A DNA stretch of 64,000 bases from Candidatus Multivoradales bacterium. GTDB taxonomy: Bacteria; Acidobacteriota; Thermoanaerobaculia; Multivoradales; JAHEKO01. The stretch spans positions 320,001 through 384,000 of the forward strand of contig CBDCVR010000014.1 in assembly GCA_965223155.1 (NCBI GenBank). Direction: 5' to 3'. This document shows positions 19,918-30,415 of this stretch, in pieces (position 1 is the stretch's first letter; each line of letters begins with the position of its first letter). A program made the translations under genes and the position numbers. The notes under the pieces are model-generated. The model was not told where the DNA came from and ran no database searches. It saw only the letters and a program-made list of their open reading frames with translations.

Positions 19918-22259
19918 TCAGTGTAAGTGCTGCCCCTCGCCGAACTCAGTCTTGAAAGACTCCCAGCGCTTCTTCAAGTCAGCGAGGAGCTCCCGGAAGT
20001 CCTGCCGCTCACGCAGGACCGCGAAGTGCCGGTCCTGAAGGAACGCCGGATAGTTGGGCAGACCGTCGTTGGCGGCGCGGGTCAGCTCCTGAACGGCACG
20101 CTCACCGTCTCCGATGGTTGCGTAAGCAGCTGCGGCGTAATGGTAGGTGTGGTGGGCGTGGGAAAGGGACGGCCGATCACCCAGTGCAACCTCGAGGCTT
20201 TCAACAGCACGCTTCGACTCGCCTCGCTTCGCCCAGAGCAGAGCCTCACTGACGATCAGCATCGGGTCCTCACCCGCGACTTCCATGCCCCTCTTGATCG
20301 CAGATTCCGCCTTGTCGAGCTCGTCCACATAGAGAAAGGCCGTCGCCAGAAACATGTTGCCGTACAGGTGATTCGGATCTCGGGCCACAGTCTGCTTCAT
20401 GTAGCCGACGGCGGCCAGGGAATCTCCCTTCCAGCCAACCGCTTCCCCCATCAGGAGCAACCCCAGCAGATCGTCGGGTTGAGCTTCCAGCGCCTGGTGT
20501 AGGCAGGAGATGGCCTCATCGAGAAGCCCGACGTGGCCCAGTACGATTGCGCGCCACAGAATTGCATCCGAGGGGCAGGCCGGATGTTCGCAAGCTCTTC
20601 CCAGGTCGCGCAGAGCAGCCGCGTGCTGGAAGCCGTGATCCGGTGACCAGATCAATCGCCCGCGGGCAGTCCAGGCCTCGGGGTCATTGGGATCCAGAGC
20701 AAGGGCGCGCTTGACCGCCTGCGCGGCTTCGTCGAGCCACTTGGGGTCGGGGTCGATGAGAACGCCCATGTTGACGCACGCCGCAGCCAGTCGCGCCCAA
20801 CCACTGGAGAACTGTGGGTCCCGCTTCACACAGTCGCGGAACATCTCAATCGCGGCATTCGTATCCCACTGCGTGTAGCGCAGGAGTCGCTCGTTTGCGC
20901 GCAGGAAGAGCTCGTAGGCATCTGGATCCCGGGTCGGGGATTCGGCGCTCGAGCGGTCACTCTCGGCGACACCCAGACTCATACCGATCTTCTCGGCCAG
21001 TTGATCCTGGAGGTCGAAGAGCTCGTTCATGTGCCCGTCGGCCTTGACGGAGAGAACTGTCGAATCACTGGATGCGTCCCATGCTTGCACCTGGACCCTG
21101 ACATTGGATCCCAGCTTCTGGATGCTTCCCTCGACAACGACCGTCACGTTGAGGTCTCCGGTGACCTGAGTCGGGTCGGTGTCTTGCTCCGCATACCGCA
21201 TGACCGCGCTCGTGGGGCGAACCACGAGTTCCCGGTTCAGACTGAGTCCGTGCGATACGGCCTCGGCGAGGGCGAGAGAGAGAGAAACGCGTCCTCGCTT
21301 TCCCCGGACAGGAGTTTGAAGGGGAGTACGGCCACGGCGAGCCTGTCTGGGGAAACGGCTTGTGTCGGCACCGCTGCGCCGGACCCAGAACCGTCGCGCC
21401 GCAATCGCTTGAGATCAGCGCACAGTCCTGCAGCGCTTTGGTACCGCAGGCAGGCGTCCTTCTCCAGTGCCTTGTTGAGAATGCGCTCGAGCTCGCTCGG
21501 GACCTCGCGATTGAACTCGATCGGAGCGGTCGGTGACCGGTTGAGGATCGCATCGAACACTGCCGCGGACGTATCGCCCTCGAAAGCCCGCTTACCGGTG
21601 AGCATCTCGTACAGCACGACACCCAGCGAGAAGATGTCGGACCTGTGGTCGACCACCTTCCCCAGCGCCTGCTCGGGCGACATGTAGGAGATCGTGCCCA
21701 TCACCGATCCCGGCGTGGTCATTGCCAGCGCGGTCCGCGTCTCGTCATCGGCCCCGACTGCCGAGTCCACTGCAAGCTTGGCGAGGCCAAAATCCAGCAT
21801 CTTCGCGCGCGGTGCCGACGATTCGTCATCGACGATGAAGATATTGGCCGGCTTGAGATCGCGGTGGACGATTCCCTTGCTGTGCGCGGCGACAAGGGCC
21901 TCAGCGATCTGGATTGCGAGATCGACGACAGCTTCAACACCCATCGGCGCGCCGCGGATCTGCTCCAGCAGCGATCGACCTTCCAGCAACTCCATGACAA
22001 TGTACTGTCGACCTTTCCACTCTCCGATGTCGTAGATCGAGCAGATGGCGGGGTGATTGAGAGCCGATACCGCGCGCGCTTCGCGCAGGTGGCGATCTAC
22101 GACGTCTCTGTCTCGCGCCCTCTCTTCAGGAACGAACTTGAGCGCCACGCATCTTCGGAGTCGGGTGTCCTCCGCCTTCCACACAATCCCCATCCCGCCC
22201 TCGCCGATCTTCTCGATCAGACGGTAGTGCAACACTTGTTGTCCAGTCTCGATGGACAC
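19918..22259 (-). pseudogene. Ser/Thr protein kinase with TolB-N-like and TPR domains, frameshifted at a (GA)6 tract
   Basis: GEGGMG, VALK, HRDLKPAN, DFGLAK in 21237-22259; TPR-rich 19918-21225. Removing one GA at 21274-21285 fuses both into FLSLALAEAVSHGLSLNRELVVRPTS. Confidence 0.88.
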
Positions 22260-22406
22260 CTGCCAAGGCTCGCTCTCGAATTGAGGATCCAGTCTATCTC
22301 CCCGGATGCTGAATGGGCCTGCCCGTTCCAGGGCCCGTGGCCCGAACCTAGCGCAACGACTCGAGACGGCGACCGTTCGTCCCGCCTGTAGCCGCTAATC
22401 TCGCGC

Positions 22407-22655
22407 CTACCTTCTCAGAAAAGCGAAGATCTCCTCCCAGGCTTCCTCACCCGCGCTCGGATTCCGGCCAACGGTCATGCCCCCGCCGATCGCCAAAACC
22501 TCCGGCCCCTCGGTGAGGTCGAACCCATGCCGAGCGTCTGCGTAGCGCCGGACCTCGGGCCGTGCCTTGTGGGGCAGACGTTCCAGAATCCTGTCGCAGT
22601 CCTTCGGAGGCGTAATGTCGTCGGCCTCCCCGAGAATCACCAATACCGGGACGCT
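22407..22655 (-). pseudogene. dienelactone hydrolase family C-terminal fragment
   Basis: PVLVILGEADDITP...YADARHGFD...AWEEIFAFL; nucleophile region absent. Confidence 0.65.
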
Positions 22656-22981
22656 CGAAGGCGTCGAGCTCGCGCTTGGTGAGGTCCTGGCTCTCTCGGG
22701 GCATCCGTGGCTCCTTCCAGGGAAGACGGCCGACACGGAGGTCGGCCGCTACGTCAGGAGTCATTCCTCCTTCGGTGTGAAAAGACGGTCGAGACGGAGC
22801 TCGACCGCTACATCAGGAGGGCTCCTCCATCGGCCACCACAGATGAGTCTAGCCGAAAGTGGTAACCATAGTGGTAACCAAAAACTAGCGAGTTAAGCCG
22901 TTTTCTCCGAAACTTGTAGTAGTTACTTCGGGTCCTAACCGCGTACACCATGTCTCGACAAGTCACTCTAATACAGTGACT

Positions 22982-23090
22982 TGGTGTCCCCAACGGGATT
23001 TGCTACGAAGCGGAGCGATGCAATCGCTTCGCTGACCTCCGAATCCCGGAGGGGGCAACCCTGCCGAAGGCAGTGGTGTCCCCAACGGGA
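22982..23090. repeat. 109-bp direct repeat copy 2, overlapping the tRNA-Glu 3' end
   Basis: Identical to 18688-18796. Confidence 0.92.
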
Positions 23091-23151
23091 TTTGAACCCG
23101 TGTTGCCAGCTTGAAAGGCTGGAGTCCTAGGCCAGGCTAGACGATGGGGAC
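23074..23151 (-). tRNA. tRNA-Glu (TTC)
   Basis: GTCCCCATCGTCTAGCCTGGCCTAGGACTCCAGCCTTTCAAGCTGGCAACACGGGTTCAAATCCCGTTGGGGACACCA: 7-bp acceptor stem, CCAGC/GCTGG anticodon stem around CT-TTC-AA, GGTTCAA T-loop, encoded CCA. Confidence 0.97.
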
Positions 23152-23179
23152 AGGTAGGCGCCGCGGCGCGACGGCGGGG

Positions 23180-23188
23180 ATGATAGCA
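23180..23188 (-). promoter_or_regulatory. extended -10 promoter of tRNA-Glu
   Basis: TGCTATCAT followed by a GC-rich discriminator, about 30 nt upstream of the tRNA. Confidence 0.55.
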
Positions 23189-23285
23189 GAGTCTTGGGGC
23201 GATCTTCGCGGTCCGTCACGCTCCGCCGGACAAGGGCCGGGCCGGGGCCGGACGAGGGCCGGGCGAGAGCCCGGCAAGAGCTGGG

Positions 23286-24500
23286 TCAGGCGCGCTCGGC
23301 GCCGGCGTGGCGGTAGATCTCGGTGAGGATCCGGAGGTTTCGTCCGCCGGTGTAGAGGTCTTCGAAACGACGGCGTGCGGCGGCGCGGCGAGCCGCCAGG
23401 CCTTGGGGATCGGCGCTCAGGAGACGCACGGCAGCAGCCAGGGCGGTCGGGCTTTCGGGCTCGAAGCGCGCTCCAATCTCGTCGTCCACGAGTTCGGCGA
23501 GAGCCCCGGAATCGGAGGCCACGACCGGCGTGCCCTTGGCGAGGGCTTCGATGATGACTCGCGGGCAGTTCTCGTGGGCGATCGACGGCACGACCAGGCA
23601 GGCCGCCTCACCCATGAGGTCGAGCACCGGGGCCAGGTCGAGCGGCCCCAACACCTCGATGGCCGGATCGGCCTCCGCGGCCGAGCGCACCTCGTCCGCC
23701 AGCGGCCCGTCGCCAACGATCTTGAGGGGCATCCCGGGTGCTCCATCGCGCCAGGCCGCCAGGAGCACTTGCACGCCCTTCGCCGGCACCAACCGCCCGA
23801 CGAAGAGCGCATAGCCCCGGCCACCCGTCCTCGCGTCCGTCCCAGTCCTAGTCTCTGAATCCACACCGGGACCCGAACCGGGGCCGGGATCGGGCGCCAG
23901 GAAGTTGGGCTTGACCGCGATGCGCTCCGCCGGCCAGCCGCCTTCGACGAGCTTGTCCCTCGACGCCTCCGAGAGCGCGATGACGCGATCGACCCTGCGT
24001 CGTATCGTTCCGCGTAGATTATGAATCACCTGCATCGCCCCAACGACGGCACTCTGCACCAGGTTGCCGTGGTAGCAGCGATGCACCACGCTCTGCCAGG
24101 GCAGGGTCTTTCCCAGACAGAGCTCGCAAGGCAAGCCCTCGCGCACGAAGTTGGCATTGGCACACTGCCAGCGGAAGTTGTGGACCGACTGGACCACGGG
24201 CACGCCGCGAGCGCGGGCGACATCGTAGACCGAGGGCGAAAACAGCGGAAAGAGGTTGGTCGCGTGGAACACGTCGGGACGCTCCCGATCCAGCAACCGG
24301 CCCAGCCAGCGGGCGCTCTCCCGATTCCAGATCGAGCCCAGAGCCACGGCGGCGCGCGGTCGCTCCTCGACGTCCCGGTTGCTCATGGTGAAGCGGACGA
24401 CCTCGTGGCCGCCGGCCTCGAGCAGCGCGGCTTCGTCGCGAAAGACCCGGTCTTCCCCGCCAGGCGTGCGGTAGAAGTTGTGGCACAGAAGGATCTTCAT
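23286..24500 (-). CDS. glycosyltransferase family 4
   Basis: MKILLCHNFYRTPGGED, FVGRLVPAKG, ENCPRVIIEALAKGTPVV. Confidence 0.93.
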   Translation of the reverse strand: MKILLCHNFYRTPGGEDRVFRDEAALLEAGGHEVVRFTMSNRDVEERPRAAVALGSIWNRESARWLGRLLDRERPDVFHATNLFPLFSPSVYDVARARGVPVVQSVHNFRWQCANANFVREGLPCELCLGKTLPWQSVVHRCYHGNLVQSAVVGAMQVIHNLRGTIRRRVDRVIALSEASRDKLVEGGWPAERIAVKPNFLAPDPGPGSGPGVDSETRTGTDARTGGRGYALFVGRLVPAKGVQVLLAAWRDGAPGMPLKIVGDGPLADEVRSAAEADPAIEVLGPLDLAPVLDLMGEAACLVVPSIAHENCPRVIIEALAKGTPVVASDSGALAELVDDEIGARFEPESPTALAAAVRLLSADPQGLAARRAAARRRFEDLYTGGRNLRILTEIYRHAGAERA

Positions 24501-26353
24501 CCGGCCGGTGGCTGGACGGGCCTCTTCCGCGTCTCGCTCCCTTGTGGACCGGCCTGAGCCTCCACCAGCTGACGGTAGGGCCCATGAACCGCCATCAAAC
24601 GCTCGTGGCTCCCCTGCTCAACGACCCGCCCGGCCTCGAGGACGACCAGGTTGTCGGCGTCGCGCACTGTGGCGAGGCGGTGGGCGACGATCAGAACCGT
24701 TCGGGAGCCCCGCATCTCAGCCAGGGCTTCCTGGATCTTGCGCTCGCTTTCGGAATCCAGGTCACTCGTGGCCTCGTCCAGGATCAAGACCTCCGGATCG
24801 CGCAGGATCGCGCGGGCGATCGCAAGGCGCTGGCGCTGCCCCGCCGAGAGCAGCGAGCCGCGCTCGCCAACCACGGTGGCGAGACCTTCCGGCAGCCGGT
24901 CCAGGAACTCGAGTGCGTGGGCCCGGCGGCAGGCCTCGCGCACCTCGTCGAGGTTGGCGTCGGGGCGCCCCAGCCGGATGTTCTCGAGCGCGGTCTCATG
25001 GAACAGGAAGGTGTCCTGAGGCACCATCGCGACCCGCTCGAGCCACTGGGTCCGGTCGATTGCAGCGAGATTCACCCCATCGACCAAGATCCGCCCAGTG
25101 TCGCATGCCAACAGACCCGCCAGCAGGTTGGCGACGGTCGACTTGCCCGAGCCCGACGGACCGACGAGGCCGGTGGTTGTGCCCCGCTCCAGGGCGAACC
25201 CAACCTCGTGAAGTGCCGCCTCGTCGCGCCCACGATAGCGATACGAGACAGCCTCGAAGGTGACCTCCCGCTCCAGGCCGGCGAACGGCACCGCCTCCTC
25301 GCGAACCGGCGGCGGCTCGGCATCGCCCTCCAGGATCTCGAGCAACGAGCCGGCGCTGGGCACGAGCGTCGCCAGCCGTCCCCGCAGATCGGCCACGACC
25401 AAGGCCGGCGTCAGCAGGCGCAGCGCCACGGCCAGAAAGAGCCCCATGAACCCGAGAGAGGCTTCCAGCCGATCCGACAGAACCCAGGTGCTGCCGATCA
25501 TCAGAAGACACAACACAAAGGCGTTGACCGAGACGAAGAGCGGCCGGTTCAGATGAGCCAGGACGCCCTGTCGCCGCGCCGAACGCTCGCGCTCGGACGT
25601 CAACCCGGCGAAGCGCGAGCGAAACCGGTCCTCGAGCTGATAGAGGCGTACCAGGGGCAAGGCCGCCACGGTCTCGAGGCCGAAAGCGTTGAGCCGGGAC
25701 TCGGCCCGGTTAACCCGCCGGCCAGAGGCAACCTGACGCTGCTTGAAGGCCCCACGCACAGCTACCGACGACAATCCGAGGAGACCCACCGCGATCAAGG
25801 TCATCTTCCAGGACACCACCAGCAGCACCGTGAGGTAGACCAGAATCGTGGCCACGTCGACGACGGCCATCGCGGTCATACGGACAACAAGGCCGGCGTC
25901 GGTCGAGTACTTGTTGAGGGCGGTCAAGAGGTGTCCGGCGGGCTCGCCCGCGTGGGCGGTCAGATCGCGCGCCAGAAGGGCGCCGTAGAGCCGTTCACGC
26001 AGCCCGCGCACGACCCCTTCTTCCAGCCACACGGCCGAGATCCGGCTGGCGGCGTAGAGAACGCCGCGGACGATCAGGATCGCCATCAGGATCGCGCCGC
26101 CCATTCGTACCCGACCGGCAAGGGAGCTTCGGCCGGCAAGCTCTAGAAGCTCGGAGACGCCTGGCATCCGGGCAAGCCAGCTCGAGCCTCCCTGGGCCGA
26201 GTCGACGAGCGAGACCACCAGACCGACCCCCAGTCCTTCGGTCAGCGACGCGGCCAGCGAGGTTACGATCACCGCGACCAGCAGGGCGCTTCGTCCGGCG
26301 GTCAGGGTTCGAAGCCAGGATGCCAGACCGACGCTCTTGGTTGCCTCCTCCAT
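24497..26353 (-). CDS. ABC exporter, fused TMD-NBD (MsbA/PglK/HepA-like)
   Basis: N-terminal TM helices, GPSGSGKS, LSAGQRQR, ILDEATS. Confidence 0.93.
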   Translation of the reverse strand: MEEATKSVGLASWLRTLTAGRSALLVAVIVTSLAASLTEGLGVGLVVSLVDSAQGGSSWLARMPGVSELLELAGRSSLAGRVRMGGAILMAILIVRGVLYAASRISAVWLEEGVVRGLRERLYGALLARDLTAHAGEPAGHLLTALNKYSTDAGLVVRMTAMAVVDVATILVYLTVLLVVSWKMTLIAVGLLGLSSVAVRGAFKQRQVASGRRVNRAESRLNAFGLETVAALPLVRLYQLEDRFRSRFAGLTSERERSARRQGVLAHLNRPLFVSVNAFVLCLLMIGSTWVLSDRLEASLGFMGLFLAVALRLLTPALVVADLRGRLATLVPSAGSLLEILEGDAEPPPVREEAVPFAGLEREVTFEAVSYRYRGRDEAALHEVGFALERGTTTGLVGPSGSGKSTVANLLAGLLACDTGRILVDGVNLAAIDRTQWLERVAMVPQDTFLFHETALENIRLGRPDANLDEVREACRRAHALEFLDRLPEGLATVVGERGSLLSAGQRQRLAIARAILRDPEVLILDEATSDLDSESERKIQEALAEMRGSRTVLIVAHRLATVRDADNLVVLEAGRVVEQGSHERLMAVHGPYRQLVEAQAGPQGSETRKRPVQPPAG

Positions 26354-26393
26354 GGATCCCCGCGCACGCTACCAGAGCGCGTTCGAGCCTCGA

Positions 26394-27950
26394 TTAGCTT
26401 CCTAAACCCTTTCCCGCCGCCAGCCGATCGGCCAACCGTAGGGCCAGCGCCAGGAGGGTCAGGGTCGGATTGGCCCAGCCGTAGGTCGGGAAGACCGAGC
26501 TGCCCGCAACGAAGAGATTCTCGAGGTCGTGGACCCGGCAGTCCGCATCCACGACCCCCAGCTCTGGGTCCGAGCTCATCCGGGTCGCTCCCATGTGATG
26601 CTTGCCGGATTGCACCAGATCCCGCCAGCGGCGGCCGCCGCCATCGCCGTCACCGTTGAAGGTCCGGCGCAGCGCGCCGAGGCCGGCTCCGGCGAGTTCC
26701 TCTTCCAGCACTTCGTGAAAGCGGTGAAAGCTCGTCGCATCGGCGTCAACGGCTTGCCAGTGAACGTGCGGCAGCGGCACGCCAAACCGATCGAGCTCGC
26801 CTCCCAGGGTCACGCGATTCCCGGGATTCGGCGCCTGCTCCAGGGCGGTACGAACGATCAGGCGCTCTGGAGGCCGGTGCCGCTCCCGCCGGCGCCGCCA
26901 TAGCATCGAAGCCGTCGCGGGAAGGGCGGGCAGCGCCGGGCCCAGCCGCCGGACAGCGAGCCGCCAGTCCGGCCGCCGCAGGGCCTGGCGGAACTCCCGC
27001 GCCGCCACCACTGAGGCCGCCTCGTACCGGCCTGCCTCCATGTATCCGTACCTGGGGACCAGATAGGCCGCGCAGTTGCCGATGCCTTCGCTCAGAACGA
27101 GTGCCTCCGCCAACGTCAACACCCCATGACCGGTTGACTCGGCGTCCCAAGTGAAGGGGCGCAAGCGCTCGAAGTCGAAGTCTCGAAGCTCGGCCGAGTC
27201 GAGAAACGCGTGATCCATGAAATAGCGTCCTACTTGCTCGCCTCCCAGCCCGGAAACCAAGAGCAGCCTCGGATTCTCGATGCCGCCGGCCGCCAGGACG
27301 AAGGCCGACGCGTGGGCCTCCAGCTTCTGCCGGTCGGGTGTCGCGATCTCGACCGACCCCAGCCGACTGGTGCGGGAAGCACGGTTCAACCGCGTCGCCT
27401 GCGCCCCAAGCAATACGGTCGTGTGCCGGCTCCTCTCTAGAGGATTCCGGAACTGCCGGCCGAAAAGCACCGGCCGGATGTCCACCCAGCGGGGCGCCAG
27501 CCTTGGAACCGCCAGGTCTTCGACGGCGGATCGAGCGGCCCCACGTCCAGCCTCGGCGTCTCCGGCCGGCTCGAAGACCGCGCGGGCCCGCCGGAGGAAC
27601 GGATCGAGCTCCTCCCGTCCGAAAGGCCAGGCGGCCGCCCAATCGGGGCGGCCCCGAAAGTCGGCATCGTCGAGGGGCACCAGGCGGCCGGCCCACTCCC
27701 AACTCGAGCCACCCAGCCCGCGAAACCGGCTCCTGGTGAGTGGATACGCCGGCAGGCCCGACGTCGTGCCTCGATAAAGCTCCTGCTGTTCGGCGGTTGG
27801 ACGCTTGCCACCCCCTTCGAGCAGGAGGACCTCGGCCCCCTGCCGTTCGAGCTCCAGCGCCAGGACGATCCCGGCCATGCCGCCGCCGACGATGCAGACG
27901 TCGGCGCCAAGCCGGGCCGACGGTTCCCCTCTCGACAGATCGTGAATCAC
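26394..27950 (-). CDS. GMC family FAD oxidoreductase
   Basis: IVGGGMAG, LAAGGIENPRLLL, HHMGATRM, ANPTLT; GTG start overlapping the GT2 stop. Confidence 0.9.
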   Translation of the reverse strand: MIHDLSRGEPSARLGADVCIVGGGMAGIVLALELERQGAEVLLLEGGGKRPTAEQQELYRGTTSGLPAYPLTRSRFRGLGGSSWEWAGRLVPLDDADFRGRPDWAAAWPFGREELDPFLRRARAVFEPAGDAEAGRGAARSAVEDLAVPRLAPRWVDIRPVLFGRQFRNPLERSRHTTVLLGAQATRLNRASRTSRLGSVEIATPDRQKLEAHASAFVLAAGGIENPRLLLVSGLGGEQVGRYFMDHAFLDSAELRDFDFERLRPFTWDAESTGHGVLTLAEALVLSEGIGNCAAYLVPRYGYMEAGRYEAASVVAAREFRQALRRPDWRLAVRRLGPALPALPATASMLWRRRRERHRPPERLIVRTALEQAPNPGNRVTLGGELDRFGVPLPHVHWQAVDADATSFHRFHEVLEEELAGAGLGALRRTFNGDGDGGGRRWRDLVQSGKHHMGATRMSSDPELGVVDADCRVHDLENLFVAGSSVFPTYGWANPTLTLLALALRLADRLAAGKGLGS

Positions 27951-28801
27951 GGATTCCTCGGACCGAGAACGCTCTCCACCGCCCAACCCGCGGCCCAGCA
28001 GGTGGCACGCAAGAACCGGATCCGGCTCGCCCGCGAAACCGGCGCCCCCAGCAGGCCGCGTAGCGCGCGTCCGCTCAGCCTCGCGGCGCGCCTTGGCATC
28101 CCGGCCTCGGCTACGAACCGGCCGTGCCGCCGGTAGAGGCGTCTTCGAGCCCGACCGTAACCGAACTGTTGCCGGGCGATCCCGGACCCCGTCTGCCGGT
28201 GCCGGTAGTGAACCGCCGCACCTGGCGCGTACCGGACTCGGAATCCCTTGCGGGCCGCCCGAATCGCAAGATCGACGTCCTCGCCTGGACTCATGCCATG
28301 GTGCCACCCGCCCAACTCGTCGAAAACTGCCCGACGAACGGCGAAGTTGCCGCCGCTTACGAACTCGAACGTACCCAGGTACCGGGGCAGCGCGTCCTCC
28401 GGCCAAGGAACGTCCCAACGGCACCAGGACGGATTGAGCTCTTGATCGGAAAGGTAGCCGCCGACGAGATCGGCGGTCTCCAAGGCGCGGACCAACGCCT
28501 TGAGCCATCCCGCCGTGACCCGGTCGTCGGCATCACAGCCCGCGAGCAGAACACCACGAGCTCGAGCAACTCCCAGATTCCTTGCCGCCGCCACCGACCG
28601 GGGTGCGTTCGAGCCGTCCACAAACCGAACCGGAGGCAGCCGGGCCCGCCAGCGCTCGACCCGGGCCATCGAATCGTCGGTCGAGCCGTTGTCAACGACC
28701 ACCAGTTCCCAGCCGCCGCTGTAGGTCTGGGCGGCCAGGGCTTGGAGCTGCGTCTCAATCGTCGCCGCCGCGTCGAGCACTGGCAAGATCACCGAAACCA
28801 T
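27947..28801 (-). CDS. glycosyltransferase family 2
   Basis: VSVILPV, VVDNGSTD, CDADD, GEDVDL. Confidence 0.9.
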   Translation of the reverse strand: MVSVILPVLDAAATIETQLQALAAQTYSGGWELVVVDNGSTDDSMARVERWRARLPPVRFVDGSNAPRSVAAARNLGVARARGVLLAGCDADDRVTAGWLKALVRALETADLVGGYLSDQELNPSWCRWDVPWPEDALPRYLGTFEFVSGGNFAVRRAVFDELGGWHHGMSPGEDVDLAIRAARKGFRVRYAPGAAVHYRHRQTGSGIARQQFGYGRARRRLYRRHGRFVAEAGMPRRAARLSGRALRGLLGAPVSRASRIRFLRATCWAAGWAVESVLGPRNP

Positions 28802-28861
28802 CTGGTCCGAGGCACGGCGGTCCGCCGTCCCCGTACGGTCTCCTCCAGGTATCATCACGCC

Positions 28862-30415
28862 TTGTCGCGCCGCGTTCTCGTTTACCTTCTCGACGCCCTC
28901 GAGCCCGACCTGCTCGAGCGCTGGTCGGACGAAGGCTACCTGCCCCAGATCGCACGACTTCGGCGCTCGGCTCGCGAGTTCCGGGTCCAGAACCGGGTCG
29001 ATTTCCTTCCGGATTCTATCTTTGGAGAGCTTCTGACCGGACGCTCGGTGGTTCGTACGGGAGACCTCACCGTCCTCGAGCACCTGCACAGCGGCGAGGC
29101 CACGGCTCGGGAGCCGACCTTTGCCGAGTTGCACGCCCGGCCCTATTTCTGGCGCGCAGCCTGCCGCCAGGGGCACCGGGCGCTGCTCGTCGACTTGCCT
29201 GGCGGCACGATCGACCGGGAGATCGAGGGCTTTCAACTCCAGGAATACGGAATGCACTACGCGCGGTCGAGTCCGGCAACGGTACCGCCCGGCCGGTTGA
29301 ACGCGATTCTTGACGAGTACGGTCCCTATCCAGTCGTCAACGGCGATCTCTACCCACCCAGGCTTGGCGATCTCACCCGGCTGCGAGACGATCTGCTCCG
29401 CGGTGTCGAGATCAAGGAACGACTCTTTCGCTCGTTCCTCGAGACGGAGGACTGGGACCTCGCCATCCTCACCGCCTCCGAGGCACACGTCGCCGGACAC
29501 CGCTTCTGGCATCTCTGGGAAGACGGCCACCCGCTCCAGCCGCCGGGCGTTGGGGACCGGCACAAGAGCTACCTGCGAGAGATCTACCAGGCCATCGATC
29601 GGAGTTTGGAGACAGCCCTCGACCGCGCCGGCGACGACACCGAGGTGCTCGTCTTGGCGACTCACGGCTTTCAGCGCTTTGGCGGTGCCCAGGAGATGAT
29701 GGCCGAGTTCTGCGAGCGGCTCGGCCTCGGCAGCGGCCGGACGCTTCGGCTCAAGCTCTCGGTGCTCGCGCCCCGGAGCCTGAAGCGGGCCATACGCCAT
29801 GTCCTTCCGCAAGACACGATGGACCGGTTCGGACTCGGGCACCACGCCCGGATGCGGGGCTTCGCCGGAGCGGAGGTCCAGGCGATCGCGATCCCGAATC
29901 AGAGAATCGGAGCCTTCCGTCTGAACCTCGGCGGGCGCGAGCCGGAAGGCCGCGTCCAGCCCGGTGCCGAGGCCGAAGGCATCCTGACAAGAATCGAAGA
30001 TGAGGTCCGCCAGCTGCGAGACGTGCGCACCGGCTTGCCGGTCGTCCAGAGCGTAACCAGGGCGAGCGAGGCGTTCGGAAGCGACTATCACCCGAACCTG
30101 CCGGACCTGCTCGTGGACTTTCGGCACGACATCGGACCCATCGACTCCATCGAATCGAAAACCGTTGGCCGTCTCCATCGGCCCAAAGTGCATTTTCGAA
30201 CCGGCGACCACACGTCGAACTCGAGACTCTGGATGCTACGAACCGGGGCGAACGATCCGGCAAGCGCTTCCGCCGCGGCCGGCGCCGGCGCCAACTTGGT
30301 CGAGGACATCGACATCCTCGACATCGCTCCGACCGTCCTCAGCCGGCTGGGCGTCGAGCTGCCCGACGGTCTCGACGGCCGGCCGATCGAGCCGGCCCCA
30401 GTGCCCGGCCGCTAA
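28862..30415 (+). CDS. alkaline phosphatase superfamily (type I phosphodiesterase/nucleotide pyrophosphatase-like) protein
   Basis: RVLVYLLDA, HVAGHRFWH, THGF (family usually DHGF), PDLLV, GDH, DIAPTVL; start position approximate. Confidence 0.8.
   Translation: MSRRVLVYLLDALEPDLLERWSDEGYLPQIARLRRSAREFRVQNRVDFLPDSIFGELLTGRSVVRTGDLTVLEHLHSGEATAREPTFAELHARPYFWRAACRQGHRALLVDLPGGTIDREIEGFQLQEYGMHYARSSPATVPPGRLNAILDEYGPYPVVNGDLYPPRLGDLTRLRDDLLRGVEIKERLFRSFLETEDWDLAILTASEAHVAGHRFWHLWEDGHPLQPPGVGDRHKSYLREIYQAIDRSLETALDRAGDDTEVLVLATHGFQRFGGAQEMMAEFCERLGLGSGRTLRLKLSVLAPRSLKRAIRHVLPQDTMDRFGLGHHARMRGFAGAEVQAIAIPNQRIGAFRLNLGGREPEGRVQPGAEAEGILTRIEDEVRQLRDVRTGLPVVQSVTRASEAFGSDYHPNLPDLLVDFRHDIGPIDSIESKTVGRLHRPKVHFRTGDHTSNSRLWMLRTGANDPASASAAAGAGANLVEDIDILDIAPTVLSRLGVELPDGLDGRPIEPAPVPGR

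Noticed and set aside
23146-23154. GGGGACAGG at the tRNA-Glu 5' boundary matching the G-rich element arm
   Set aside because: Only 9 bp, mostly dictated by the acceptor stem; likely coincidence.
28802-30211. Long N-terminal extension of the GT2 ORF (and of ORFs 26394-28508, 28124-30415, 33608-35413, 36909-38642)
   Set aside because: The extensions overlap real genes; family motifs and start/stop overlaps place the starts downstream.
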